This document shows, piece after piece, positions 11,533-24,258 of a DNA stretch of 64,000 nucleotides. Numbering within the stretch: the first letter of the stretch is position 1; every line of letters begins with the position of its first letter. Under the pieces are notes generated by a model. The model was not told the origin of the DNA, searched no databases, and worked only from the letters and a program-made list of their open reading frames with translations. Position numbers and translations under genes: made by a program. Source of the DNA: Haliotis cracherodii (lineage: Eukaryota); contig NW_027266330.1 in the NCBI RefSeq assembly GCF_022045235.1, positions 1,736,001-1,800,000 of the forward strand, read 5' to 3'.

Positions 11533-14500
11533 GTCTTGTTCTGTGCTTTGCCCCTGGGAGAGAAAGAAGAAACACAAGGAATATTTCACGTGTTGACTAA
11601 TTAATAAGTTTTCATAAAGGGAAATTATTGTCTTAACATGTGACCTCTATGTGAATTAAGGACACGTGTTTACTATTTTCATTCATTGTGTGTTGTACAT
11701 GTACACGTGGCGGTCACAGCAACCAGCGGCCTGGGGGTCGGGACTTGACTTGACCGGGGGATGACTTTGGCGGGTGGAGTGGGGTGTCGGGAAGAGATGT
11801 GTTCATCTACAAATCAACATTGCGAGTGTTTAATTGATTACATTGGGTTAACAGTCTTTGGGCAAGGCGTCTGCGATATCTAAAGGATGGGCAGTGAAGA
11901 AGCCTCGTAGTTCATTTGAAGGCCCAGGTTCGATTGGTACAACTTGTGAAGCCGTTTTGCGCTGTACTCCCGCCGTGATATCGCTAAAAGCAGTGTTAAA
12001 CCACACTCACTCATTCTTACGTAGATGCAATACATGTTTAATACATTAACTTGAGTGCTCTCATTCATTGTAGCTTCCACGTTAACTACATGTATACTTG
12101 ACTTGAGTCATCTCAATCATTGTAGCTTCCACGTTAACTATACTTGACTTGAGCGAGTAAAAAGCACATAGGACATGACTAGGCAATACATGTTCTTGTA
12201 CTTATCTGCAATAACATGATGTGACACATTGAGTACAGAAAGCTGATTGGAAATGATGAAACTGACCTTTTTCAAACGATTCAGTGTTAAATCTTACTCT
12301 CAAGCACGCGCACAAAAAATCTCTTGTTGTTTTACTGCGTTTTTTTAAAGAAACTTGATACGCATCAGCCTGAAATAGATATTGTTTTAAAAAAAGCGCA
12401 ATTTATGTGAGGGCGCACACTATTTATCATAAGAAACATCGATCACATACAGCTGTGATAGGAGTAAGGCTAGGTAACTTGGAATTGGTCGGTCAGTGTA
12501 ATACTACAGGACTGGTTCCCATCTCTCTGCAGAATATATTGTCATGGAATTACTTAGTATGTCTATGTTCTGTACATGTTTTCAGTAAGTAAAGTTCTAC
12601 GGTCACACATGTTGCGTTAAGGTTCCACGTGTTCTACCAACCCTCACATATGTATCCTTTGTCGTAACGTTACTAAAACAAAGACACTGGGATTGTGTGG
12701 ATGGCATGCAAAATTACAACAATTGCCCTGATATTGTGTGGAGGATGACATGATTCCCATGTTAGGTCTACGGCAATTGGTGGTCCAGAATGGTCAGTTA
12801 TACAACTACTGCAGCAATCCTAGCACACACGTCCCTTGGATACGACCAGAACGGACAGTTGCCAGATGGTCCACGTCAAGCAACAACGGAGGGTCGATGT
12901 AACTGTTCCGATATCCCGGTTGATGAACATCTTTTTTATTATCGCTGTGCCCCTCGAACATTACATTTTTCTAATCCTGTTATTGTCATTTCAAAGGGGG
13001 AACCTGCCCAGTATGAATACTCCCTGCGTACAGTTCGGGACATCACTTCGGGCGTTCCTCACACATCCAGCTGACAGGAGTGATACAACGTAACTGAAAG
13101 ACTGTCAAAGTCTGTAAAACACAGTGACTCACCCACTCACTCAAATGTTGAGTGACGTGCGATCCGAACTGAAACCGACTGTTGCGCAACGTAACAAACG
13201 ATATCTCAAATCCACCGACACTACGGCCAAATGACCTACATAAAGGATTGTCAACAAATACACTGTCTGTTCGCAATCCGACGTTCATTTCCTCATGCCT
13301 TGTCACATGCCTACATTCAGAGACAGCGAGTTTCATGACGACTATTCCGTTGTTCGGCCCCAGCACGTAACATGTACATCATGTAACGGGTATCGCTATC
13401 TGCTGATCATATCAACACACACACACGCCCTAATTCTATTCAGTGATCCTAGAAATAGACCTGACATTAGCTTCAAGCTGATGTTTAATGACCTGAACGA
13501 TGACACTATCAGTATGTAGAATGTGAAAGATCGAACTGCATGTTAGAACCTACCAATGAGCTTGTTGTCTTTGCCCGCGAATGTCTCGGCAATGTTGATG
13601 GTAAATACACATCACATCCCACTTTCGTTATCGTGACACAAGGGAGACAACTTAGATGTGTCTGTCGTCCTGGGAGGTGCAATACAGGAATACTTGAAGC
13701 GTGAGTTCAGGTGGAGCGTGCGTTTGTTTATTCACCATATGCCTTGTGTTTACACATCAATGAATATCATGCACAGTATTGACGGATGGTTATTCTCAAA
13801 CATTTCAAAAGGAAACATGTGTTATCTGTAAGGACAGAAGACACTTCTCCCGAAGCACCTGTTAACAACTGAAAATGTAATGATTGATTCATTAAGCACG
13901 CCAGATGAGTAACAAGCAGTAATTAATATCGCTGCAGAAGTATTGTGACAACGTGATTTTACATGACAGCACCACCCGATTTACAAAGATGACTTCAAGA
14001 TGTGACCCTGCAGACTTGTCTCTAAGAGTTCCCTGTTACGTATAATTATATACATGTGCTCTGATTTACGTGTGCTTACCTTCCTGGGTATTCCGTGTCA
14101 GATATTCCAAGTAACCTCTGCTTGTTATAAAGGCGACTGAGGAGATTGGGGTGTCAGTCTCAGTGACCTGGCTGATCGTGTGTCATCGCCCCCTGACGAC
14201 GTCTATAGCTACTCATTATATAACATTGGTTTTGAAGGTCTGGACGTGATCATTTACAGGCGGCTTTCAGATATACACTATTAATCTGACATGTTTAACC
14301 TAATGATAAGTGTGAGTGCAGTAGGTGTCATCTTGATTTGGTTAAAATCCGTCTCTAATCATTTCCTCACTTTCTATAATTCGGAACGTACATGCTGTTC
14401 ATTGCATCATTCAATCTCATATCTGGTAATGAGTGCAGCTTACAATGAAGCTATCATTTGCAATACAAAGACAATGGTTAATATTTCTGACTAACACGGG

Positions 14501-14619
14501 AGAAATGACACAATCATGAACACATGCTCATAATGTAGTCGGAACCGTACAATGGACGCAGCTGTTAGAAGAGAATTCTTATCATTGTGGACATATGTTC
14601 TTCTTCCATTTTTATGACA

Positions 14620-15572
14620 CGTGACACAACTACACGACACAACTACACGACACAACTACACGACACAGCTACACGACACAACTACACGACACAGCTACAC
14701 GACACAACTACACGACACAGCTACACGACACAACTACACGACAGAGCTACACGACACAACTACACGACACAACTACACGACACAACTACACGACACAACT
14801 GCACGACACAACTACACGACACAGCTACACGACACAGCTACACGACACAGCTACACGACACAGCTACACGACACAGCTACACGACACAGCTACACGACAC
14901 AACTGCACGACACAACTGCACGACACAACCACACGACACAACCACACGACACAACCACACGACACAACCACACGACACAACCACACGACACAGCTACACG
15001 ACACAACTGCACGACACAACTACACGACACAGCTACACGACACAGCTACACGACACAGCTACACGACACAGCTACACGACACAACTACACGACACAACTA
15101 CACGACACAGCTACACGACACAGCTACACGACACAGCTACACGACACAACTACACGGCACAGCTACACGACACAACTACACGACACAGCTACACGACACA
15201 GCTACACGACACAGCTACACGACACAGCTACACGACACAACTACACGACACAACTACACGATACAGCTACACGACACAACTACACGACACAGCTACACGA
15301 CACAGCTACACGACACAGCTACACGACACAGCTACACGACACAACTACATGACACAACTACACGACACAGCTACACGACACAGCTACACGACACAACTAC
15401 ACGACACAACTACACGACACAGCTACACGACACAACTACATGACACAACTACACGACACAGCTACACGACACAACTACACGACACAACTACACGACACAG
15501 CTACACGACACAACTACATGACACAACTACACGACACAGCTACACGACACAGCTACATGACACAACAACACA
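14620..15572. repeat. 13-bp minisatellite (acacgacaca[ag]ct)n
   Basis: Direct reading; explains the spurious TTRHSYTTQLHD ORFs. Confidence 0.97.
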
Positions 15573-15833
15573 ACTAGTGTATGGTTGCTATAATAGTTGT
15601 ATTGGCCACTTTTCAACAGGAAATGTAAACCATATTAGATAGATAATCTAATTTTGATAGCTTTACTATAACTGTCAGGCCAAGTTCGAATTTACTTTCC
15701 TCATGGTACAAAGAAGTCATTTCTCCCATGAAAATATCAAGGCCAGAATCACATGATAAAATCGGACTATTTCACCGGGTTCACCAGGTACAGTTTCAAA
15801 CTGTTGTATTATCTGTAAGTTTAAGTGTTGTGT

Positions 15834-16175
15834 GGCGTTGGGGTAGCCTAGTGATTTAAACCGTCCTCTCATCACACAAAAGGACGGTGTGAAAGGCCAA
15901 ACATGCCCCTGGCGAGGTCTTCCCCGAGGGAGTAATAGCCTTGGCCAGTTTTCCCTACCCCTGGCCAGACTTTCATCCCTCGAATTGAGTGTAGAGATCT
16001 GGCCAAGAATATTCCTTCGCCAGGGAAGTTTTAGTCCAGGCAATGTCGTCCCCGGAGGAGAACTCTTCTAGGAGAAGAGCTGGCCTGGGAAGGTTAAGCC
16101 TGGGACACCGGTTTCGAGTCCTCAAATGGGTTTAATATGTGAAGCCTAACTGGTGTCACTGGCCTTGATATTGAT
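15834..16175 (+). mobile_element. Family 1 SINE interrupted by a ~225-bp MITE-like insertion (15886-16110)
   Basis: SINE head ends at aaaggac and resumes at ggtttcgagtcc; the insert has imperfect terminal inverted repeats cggtgtgaaaggc / gcctgggacaccg. Confidence 0.6.
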
Positions 16176-16318
16176 GAAGCATGTCACTTCATGATACCAA
16201 ATCAGTTTTTTCCACAAAATGAAACAAGCCATTCTAATAAATGCTACTCGTGATCATTTTGTGTCGACACAAAATGAAGAATATTTTTATTGTTTTCTGA
16301 ATAGTCTCACATGCTGAA

Positions 16319-16466
16319 TTAAAGATATACAATGACTGGTCCCGTGTCGTCTTCATCGGTGTCATCATAAATGTGTTCGGACTGGTCACCCTGTATGTCC
16401 CGTTGACTGTGGTGGCAGGTGCGTGATTCAGGTTGTTCTGTCCCGGTCTGTGAACCCGTATCCTCT
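16319..16466 (-). CDS. Gene A putative terminal exon: acidic cytoplasmic tail with Tyr motif
   Basis: caattttAG acceptor; EDTGSQ...QSEHIYDDTDEDDTGPVIVYL*; AATAAA ~30 nt downstream. The splice junction from exon 3 is uncertain. Confidence 0.45.
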
Positions 16467-16627
16467 CTAAAATTGGATGAACAACAAGTTATAGTTTCCT
16501 GAATTAATTTCATCGCTTAAAAGTGGTTTACTTAATGGAGGTGATTGCGACCGATCTTTTCTAAAACCATAATAAGATACGACGAGTGTCTGATTCAATT
16601 TGATCAATTTGTTTAATGGTGGTTTAA

Positions 16628-16770
16628 TTAGTCGTGATGATCGCGATATAACGTGCATTTTGGCTGAGAGACCTCAGGGTAGCAGCAGTAGCCGACTGTA
16701 CTTGCTGCCAGGATACAGATGACAAACACCACCAGGTACTTCACAGTCTCTGTGTCGATTGGTGAAGAGT
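16628..16770 (-). CDS. Gene A exon 3: transmembrane helix (reads to TAA at 16628 if unspliced)
   Basis: ttactctcAG acceptor (phase 1). Encodes DSSPIDTETVKYLVVFVICILAASTVGYCCY, aligning with gene C LVVLNIIIILVASVTCYLCY. No canonical GT at the homologous donor position. Confidence 0.7.
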
Positions 16771-16989
16771 CTGAGAGTAATAAACAGCTAACGTCGGTAC
16801 AATACTATTTCTGAAAATGTCAATTCTTTACATTTTTTAAATATTGATCAGATATGTTCAGGGCCTTTTTCAGTTTTTTCTTCCTACAATGGGCATGCTG
16901 ACGGGAAAAGGTAACTGTGCTTCATGAAAAGTAGTGTAAATGTTCTTATTTAAAATAACAGCATAATATTTGGTCGTTCGTCTGAATCA

Positions 16990-17900
16990 TAACACTTTCA
17001 TTGACAAAATCCATACCAAAGAGAGGCACGTCCGAAAAGAAAACAGCTCACTTAATAATGTCAAAATCGTGCAACACCACCGTGTGCGTTGATACATGCG
17101 AGGCAGCGGGGGCGAACTGAAGACACCACATGATTGAAAACATGATTGGGGATGTTGTTCCACATGTAAATCAAATACTGGTTTTACTGAGCTAGCATTA
17201 CAGGCTCGTTCTTGTCCTGTCGTAGGCGTCCCCTATCTCATCCCAGGCCTGTGTTACAATGTTATGCTGCCTCAAAAATCCTGTGCAACGTGTGGGCGAG
17301 CATTTTCCTTTTGCAACGTGACGTCACGTCACTGTGTTTGGACAAAGGGTGATGCATGACCTTGAACGATGTTTTTCCGGCAGCGTACCCCATTCAAGTT
17401 GCCATTAACAATGATGAGATACGTTCTCCTATGAGTTGTGATGCCACCCCACACCCTTACACCTCCACCCCCAAACTGACGACGTTGCATAACATAAACG
17501 TCGCTACGACGTCCTCCTGGACGCCTAGCAGACCCTTGCACGACCGCCAGAGCTGTCGAGATGACACCTGGACTCATCTGCGAACAGTATACTGCCCCTG
17601 TTTTGTCTTCTGAACCTCAGATACTGGCTACACCGAGCTCGGTAGCACAATTGTGTGTATTGACGGTTCCATAGGGCTCAGACATTAATTTGTGTCCACC
17701 TAGGAATTGTCCGTGCTGCTAATGTGGCAGGTTGGTATCGATTCCGTGAATGCATCAAACACATATAGCTGTCTTGTTGACATGGCGTCACTTGTTGGCG
17801 ACTAATACGTGAGTAATAAGCGTTGCCCTGCTGTAGATAACGTCTGATATTGTGTTATTGTGTAATTCCTTTTGTGCCATTCCTGTTTGCAGCATCTCGA
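16990..17900 (-). mobile_element. Decayed Tc1/mariner transposase in gene A intron
   Basis: FGGGGVRVWGGI...LIIVNGNLNG...PF, then LQKENARPHVA (cf. Tc1 GGGSVMVWG and QQDNARPH), with stops. Boundaries approximate. Confidence 0.8.
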
Positions 17901-18428
17901 CGGTGCGACTATTTTCAAGTGGCAATGCGTATAAGCACCTGACAGCTGAATGATCATTATGCGCTGTTCACATTCAAAGACCGCATGAGTGACTATTATG
18001 CTCCCTACAACCAGGCAAACATCTAAATTTTGTGCCGTGCATGAAATTGATGTGAAGTCTTTATGAATGTTTTAGGGTCCATTATCTATTTTCAGAAAAG
18101 ATAAATTACTTAACTTTATTTCAAACATGGTTACTCTTTTCCGATAACATATGTGGCTCATGAATAAAGTGAACGGGTTTTTTTCAAAGTACACAGTACA
18201 CATTACCAAGGCAACACAATCACTGCTTTCATGTTTCACAATACCCCATAGACAGTTTCCAATATGACATTTCACGATACCTTTATACTGACTTAGAATT
18301 TTATGATAATATTTCTCAACCTTTCATTTCAGAAACAACTACTGCTGTTATGATAAACCCAAAAGAAGAACCCAAAAATCCAGATCAGTATTAAAAAGCG
18401 ATATGTCAGACCAATCAGCATGTCTTAC

Positions 18429-19427
18429 CTGTAACACAAGATCCGGCAGAACAACTAGGCGATGAGCCGTTGTTTGTACAGTTGTACCCACGCATGTATT
18501 GAGTGATATTCTTCACATGTATACACACACTTGTGTTCATACCAACAATACCATCCAGACATACGTTGCATGATAGGTTGCAGCTTTCTACTAATAAACC
18601 ACTGCTGCAACCACTGCAACAAGATCCCTTGTTTAAGGCACAGGTGAGGTTGAGGCATTGCTGTAGGCACAGTTCACAATCAGACCTGACATGTCCAGGT
18701 GCACATCCTTCAATACACGCACCTGCGCGGTTACACCTTTGATGTTTGCAGTTAGAGATACATCTCCTTGAACACTTCGGGCCGTACCAGCCATCTACAC
18801 AACCGTGAACACACTCGCCAGTCTGGCTGTGGCACTCAGGGGTACATGAGTCTCCCTCAGGACATTGTTCATCAGTAGACAGGGAGGGATCAGCTCGGCA
18901 GGTGTCACTGCATGCTTCAGTACAGTTGTCTCCATAGAATCCTTGTCTGCATCCCTGTTGGCAGCCACTCTCACATCCACCGACACAGTGCTCACACGAG
19001 GATCTACAGTCCAGTCCAGAATATGGAGGCTGACACTCCTCACATGTTCCTGTGATCCTGTTGCAGGACTTGCATCTGCTGGAACACGTCCTACATCCTG
19101 CTCCGTAGTATGAGTCGCTGCACCCAGAGAAACAAGCTCCACCCATCTGGCAATACTCCCCATCACATCCACCTTGGCATCTGGTACAGTTGCCATGGTT
19201 AATGTAACATGGCCTCTGGCAGTTTGGGCCTTGAAATCCTGTTACGCAGCCATCAGTACATCTCCCAATCCCCCTGTCGAGGTGCAGCTCACATGTGCGG
19301 TTCCTGCACCTTCTGCTGCACACATCCAAGCATTTCGGGCCGAAATATCCTCTATAGCAGTGTGTGCTACATCGACCTCTCTGCTCCTCACACTCGGTGC
19401 ATTGCTGGTTATCGGAACATTTACCAC
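18429..19427 (-). CDS. Gene A exon 2: multiple EGF-like repeats (MEGF10/11, scavenger receptor class F-like)
   Basis: 999-nt phase 1-1 exon (ttctcAG ... ACAG|GTAAG) inside ORF 18415..19470, with repeated CxxGxYGxxC...C-C motifs. Confidence 0.9.
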
Positions 19428-20074
19428 CTGAGAATGAATAAAAAGCTACCAAAACCATTTCCTTAATCATAAAGTATCTCTTCTATTAAAAGTCAGAGTC
19501 CATTGTACGACTCAGACCATATCATCATACTTTAACATAGACTTATGGCTGTCGTTGCGCTTTGGTCGCTTAGTGGAACGTGGCCTTGCACCACAAAGTT
19601 GACTTATACGTCAAAATATCCTTTGACGTAATCTGTGCAATTTTTTAGCAACAGCCACCGCAAAACAATGCCATGTGATGCCAGCCCAAGGAGAGGTTGT
19701 GCATAAGTCCCTCTCAGCGATCTATTATATCTCCACACAATCTCATTGAATAAGCCCATCGATGTTGGGAGATTTCAGTATTTGTCATTGAAACTTGTCC
19801 CTGCACTACAGACGCTCGCGCCTTGCTATTTAGTAATACCAATTATTGATATCAAACATTTGTATCTTAAACGGGTCAATTATATATACACTAGACATCA
19901 AAGGCATCAAATGCATTGTCTATTCTGGCTGGAGTGACACCGTCAGAGAACATAGTTTTTTATCAACTAAGTTAATAATAATGTCAACATTCTGGAAGCG
20001 CTGCCAACAAGCGACCCCATTTACGATGCCCTACCTCATGTAGCACAATGTATATAGATAACTAATCTGCTTAC

Positions 20075-20126
20075 CTTGTGTGGGGATAAGCATCCATGCA
20101 ATCACTGTAATCCCAAAAGGCCACAT
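20075..20126 (-). CDS. Gene A exon 1 (signal peptide) of multiple-EGF-like type I receptor
   Basis: MWPFGITVIAWMLIPTQ+G|GTAAGC, 52 nt; homologous to exon 1 of gene C. Confidence 0.8.
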
Positions 20127-21796
20127 TGTCTCCCTGAGCATGAAATGAAGCACATTAAAACAGCTGATTAATGTCCGATTAGAGGATACAATCTCACCAA
20201 TCCAGGACGTTTACACTCCTTAAGTCATACATAGGAGGTGATAATTACCAGATGAATATAAACGTGGTTCATCACTGTTTCATCCTAGGTCTGTACTACA
20301 AACACGAGGAGCATGCGTGTACATGTTCCTCAGGTAACACAATGTGCCTACACAAGACACTGACATGCGTTAACCTGCTGCGACCCTGAAATGCACCGGT
20401 CATATCACAGGTTTTGCTTTCTTGTTCCTTTGTGAAAATAGTACGATGAGTAAATGTAATTATTAGATTCTACATTGAATTGATGGTAAAATAGAATATG
20501 GAATATTTCATCAGGTTACTTTGGTTTGTCTTTAGATGGCGAGTGTCAGAACTCCATCATATCTACTTTATCAAAAACATATGTTGCTAACCCATCTTCA
20601 ACACAGAGCACCGCAGCCTTGGCGGGCTGATTGTGATAACCTCCCCTTGATCGCATGTCCGGAGAGGGATCTGTGTGCTGGACATTGCAGCAATGATGAA
20701 GTGTACAGGTTCTGGGACCATAAATATCCCCGGGGCGGATAGGGTGATGGGAGGGGGGGTCATTGTGAGGAGAATCAGAAGCCGAACCCCACACCAACAA
20801 GTAAAAGTAACACTGGTATTTAGCACACGTTCCTTGTAACTGTCCTCCAGGTTGGGTACGCCACACAAGGGACATAACTCGTGTCAGATTGTCCCAATGT
20901 TACATACCCACACCAGGTTTCAATACTTGGGCTAGGGCTGCAGTAAAGTTTCAAAACTGTTCGTACTCTCACATGATCTGACTGTTCCATGTTGGCTGGT
21001 ATTGTTTCTACTGTGTTATTGTTTACAGTATAGGACATCCGTGTCAAGAGATGTCATATAATAACATTTAGCTTTGTACTTTGAAAACGTGGTAAGCATG
21101 GTGCAATGTATTTGAACGCGGCTTGAAACTTTCCATATATTCTTGTGTGTTGATGACTTCTAATTTGCCTGTTCCGTGTAATGTACGATTGTTGCATGGG
21201 GTAGGGCATCCCGACGACATCCATGAACTGCATAAATCTACCACACACATGAATTCAAATGTTGTATATGAACTATCAATCTCGGGACAGAGGGACACGT
21301 TTCTCTCAGGTTTGACGAAATGACCGCGCTGTCAGACTTGAATGATTTCAATTGAAACGCAGAGCAACAAAGTACAGTGACAGTATACTTGAAATGTCCT
21401 TTACTTTAGCAAACCGTTTCTTTTGCTATATTATAGGATTCTAAGCTGCTCTAAATTTGCATTTTTGCTTTTACACTATAAAGGTAGGCCTACTCGCATT
21501 CATTTCATTAGGCTATGGGGTCGACACTCGCTTTCATTTGGTAACGCATTAATTTGATGAATTACAGTACAACTGTGACCGGAATGGGCTCAACACTGTC
21601 AGTCATACTGTCAGTCATACACCGCACGACATTCTCTACCCAACAACAATCCCTGCCTACTCAGCATACAGAAGTATTACACTGGATACCCTGTAATAGT
21701 TGTCTAACAGCTGGCTGTACCCCATACATGTATCTAGGAGTTTGTAACAATATCCTTGGTATGCTCAACAAACACAATGAGAACCTTTACTTTCAG

Positions 21797-23471
21797 GTCT
21801 TCCATGCTGAGACATGCAGTAGACGCTCTTCTCACACAAGGGGCAGCCTGTCAATGCTGTCCTGTGTGGCTTTATGGTTAGTCCGTCCACGTCTGAGGAC
21901 TTTGTGTCAGGATTGTGTTGGGCGTGTTACAGGTATGTGTTCATGTGGTATACCTTCCATAATTATACCCGTAGTGCCACGTGTTGTAGTGATAAAGTCA
22001 ACAGTCAATGTTCCATGTCCTGCAGTTCTTTGTCTTAAACATGGCAAGAAGAAACTTATCAACATTAACAAATCCAATAGCTGAATGTTTATTTAGTGAA
22101 AAACAGGCTGGGTAAATATATTCATGTCTCAGGGTGGAAACTCATTCAGCAGGTGCCCTGTGTGGTTTCATGGTCAGAATGTGTTCCTGTAGCTATGCGT
22201 GGTGTGGCAACTGACGTCACTGTATGGCCTGCTTCATTGTGTTTGTGTATGCCAATAGCATGGACTGTCACTTTACTGCACATTTAGTGAGTATATGCTG
22301 CTTAGATCCGGTGGTCAAACTTGGTTGACAGCGGTCAGTGTATCCCGATGACGTGGATCATTATTCATGATATTGTCACTGGATTGTCTGGTCCACACCC
22401 GATTGTTTACAGGCATGCTTCGTATGGCAGAAGTATTGCTGGCTGTCGTGTTACGCAACAGAAAAACAAACACTTACTTTTTTTCAAATTGTGTAGAGCA
22501 CGACATGTATACCTATTTCGTGAACACCTGGTGGCATCACTGATCTTCAGTGATCCAACACGTGCACACCTTCACCACTAACACACCTCCAACACTTACA
22601 CACCTCAACCACTTACAAACATCCAACACTTACGCCCCTCAAACACTTACACACCTCAAACACTTACACCCCTCCTACACTTACACCCCTCCTACACTTA
22701 CACCCCTCAAACACTTACACACATCCAACACTCACACACCTCAAACACTTACACACATCAAACACTTACGCCCCTCAAACACTTACACTCCTCCAACACT
22801 TACGCCCCTCCTACACTTACACCCCCCAAACACTTACACACATCCAACACTCACACACCTCAAACACTTACACACATCAAACACTTACGCCCCTCAAACA
22901 CTTACACTCCTCCAACACTTACGCCCCTCAAACACTTACACACATCCAACACTTACACACATCCAACACTTACGCACCTACACCACTTACACACCTCCAA
23001 CACTTACACACATCCACCACTTAGACACATCCAACACTTACACACATCCACCACTTAGACACATCCAACACTTACACACATCCACCACTTAGACACATCC
23101 AACACTTACGCACCTCCACCACTTAGACACATCCAACACTTACACACATCCACCACTTAGACACATCCAACACTTACGCACCTCCACCACTTAGACACAT
23201 CCAACACTTACACACATCCACCACTTAGACACATCCAACACTTACGCACCTCGGCCACTTACACACCTCCACCACTTGCACACATCCAAAACTTACACAC
23301 CTGCAACACTTACACATCTCCACCACTTACACACCTCCAACATTTACGCACTTCCATCACTTACGCACCTCCAAATACAACTATATTCCCAGTGAAACGC
23401 TACTGACATAGATTATCTATTCTGTTGATGTATTATGTTGTTGTTTTATTCGGTGTTATATGCATAACTAG
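21797..23471 (+). pseudogene. Possible decayed EGF-like and TM exons upstream of ANK1
   Basis: Fragments CQCCPVWLYG* (~21849), LCQDCVGRVTGMCSCG, RCPVWFHGQN (22151). A phase 1-2 TM-like exon at 23393-23471 (LSILLMYYVVVLFGVICIT, AG|GTAAGA) contains an in-frame TGA. Confidence 0.3.
22570..23372. repeat. 17-bp minisatellite (catccaacacttacaca-like)
   Basis: Direct reading, period 17. Confidence 0.93.
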
Positions 23472-23540
23472 GTAAGAGCTTTCGTCTGGCTGGTAGCAGA
23501 CATCACGCAAGGGCTCATGTGATGCAGATGCGGCCTCGTG

Positions 23541-23565
23541 ATGGATCACCCCGACAGATTTGAAG
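23541..23565 (+). CDS. Candidate short upstream coding exon of ankyrin gene ANK1
   Basis: ATG GAT CAC CCC GAC AGA TTT GAA G|GTATG (MDHPDRFE, phase 1) fits the phase-1 acceptor at 24259. Confidence 0.35.
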
Positions 23566-23672
23566 GTATGGCTATTACCTATCTCCAGGTTTGTTTCTTA
23601 AGATAGAAGTCAGCTTCCATGACAACTGTCTTTTTCTTAAAGAGCATGGTGGTATTTGTATTGAGATAACCA

Positions 23673-23710
<38 letters not shown>

Positions 23711-23844
23711 GGAATGTGTACGTTTGATGCGTTAGATGAGTTGAAGAGTGTGTCTCTTGTCCATTTACATCATCCTGTATCAGTGCTGAGGCTATTCCAC
23801 CATCCCTCGGCTGTGTGTGATTTTAAAATGCATTGTTTATGTAA

Positions 23845-24072
23845 TTGTTTGTTGTTTAACGCCGCACTCAACCATATTCCAGCTATATGGCGACGGTCCG
23901 TAAATAATCGAGTCTAAACCAGACGGTCCTGTGATTGACATCATGAGCATCGACTCGGACACGATGACATGCATCAATCAAGTCAGCGAGTCTGTCCACC
24001 CGATCCCGTTAGTCGGCTCTTAGGACAAGCATGTGTTGCTGAAGACCTGTTCTAACCCGGGTCTTCACGGGT
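23845..24072 (-). mobile_element. SINE-like dispersed repeat (family 2)
   Basis: Shared core (aataatcgagtct...gtgattgacatcatgagcatcga...cgatcccgttagtcg) with copies at ~48190, ~59440 and partial ones at ~1590, 14100, 22310, 46470. Confidence 0.75.
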
Positions 24073-24258
24073 TGTTTGTGTACTTGAATGAACAATATAT
24101 TAATGATTTGGAAAGGTTATAATGCCACTTTATCCCAAATATTAACATAACTATATCAAAACGAAACTTGGAAGTGGTTGTATTGAACAATCTGGTGAAC
24201 AACAGTGTTGATTTAAAGCCAAACAATACGGCTTCTTTAGCTGTATTTATTGTTCCAG

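Noticed and set aside
14587-15642. 351-aa and 243-aa Thr/His-rich ORFs
   Set aside because: Stop-free readings of a 13-bp minisatellite; open in several frames.
22550-23092. 180-aa His/Thr/Pro-rich ORF (also 46866-47273 and the GVCGV ORFs at 9763-10796)
   Set aside because: Minisatellite or low-complexity translations with no splice or domain support.
24168-24258. ORF-track starts at TTG/GTG (24168, 30862, 54594) and in-frame starts upstream of acceptors
   Set aside because: These lie in introns upstream of clear splice acceptors; bacterial start codons do not apply.
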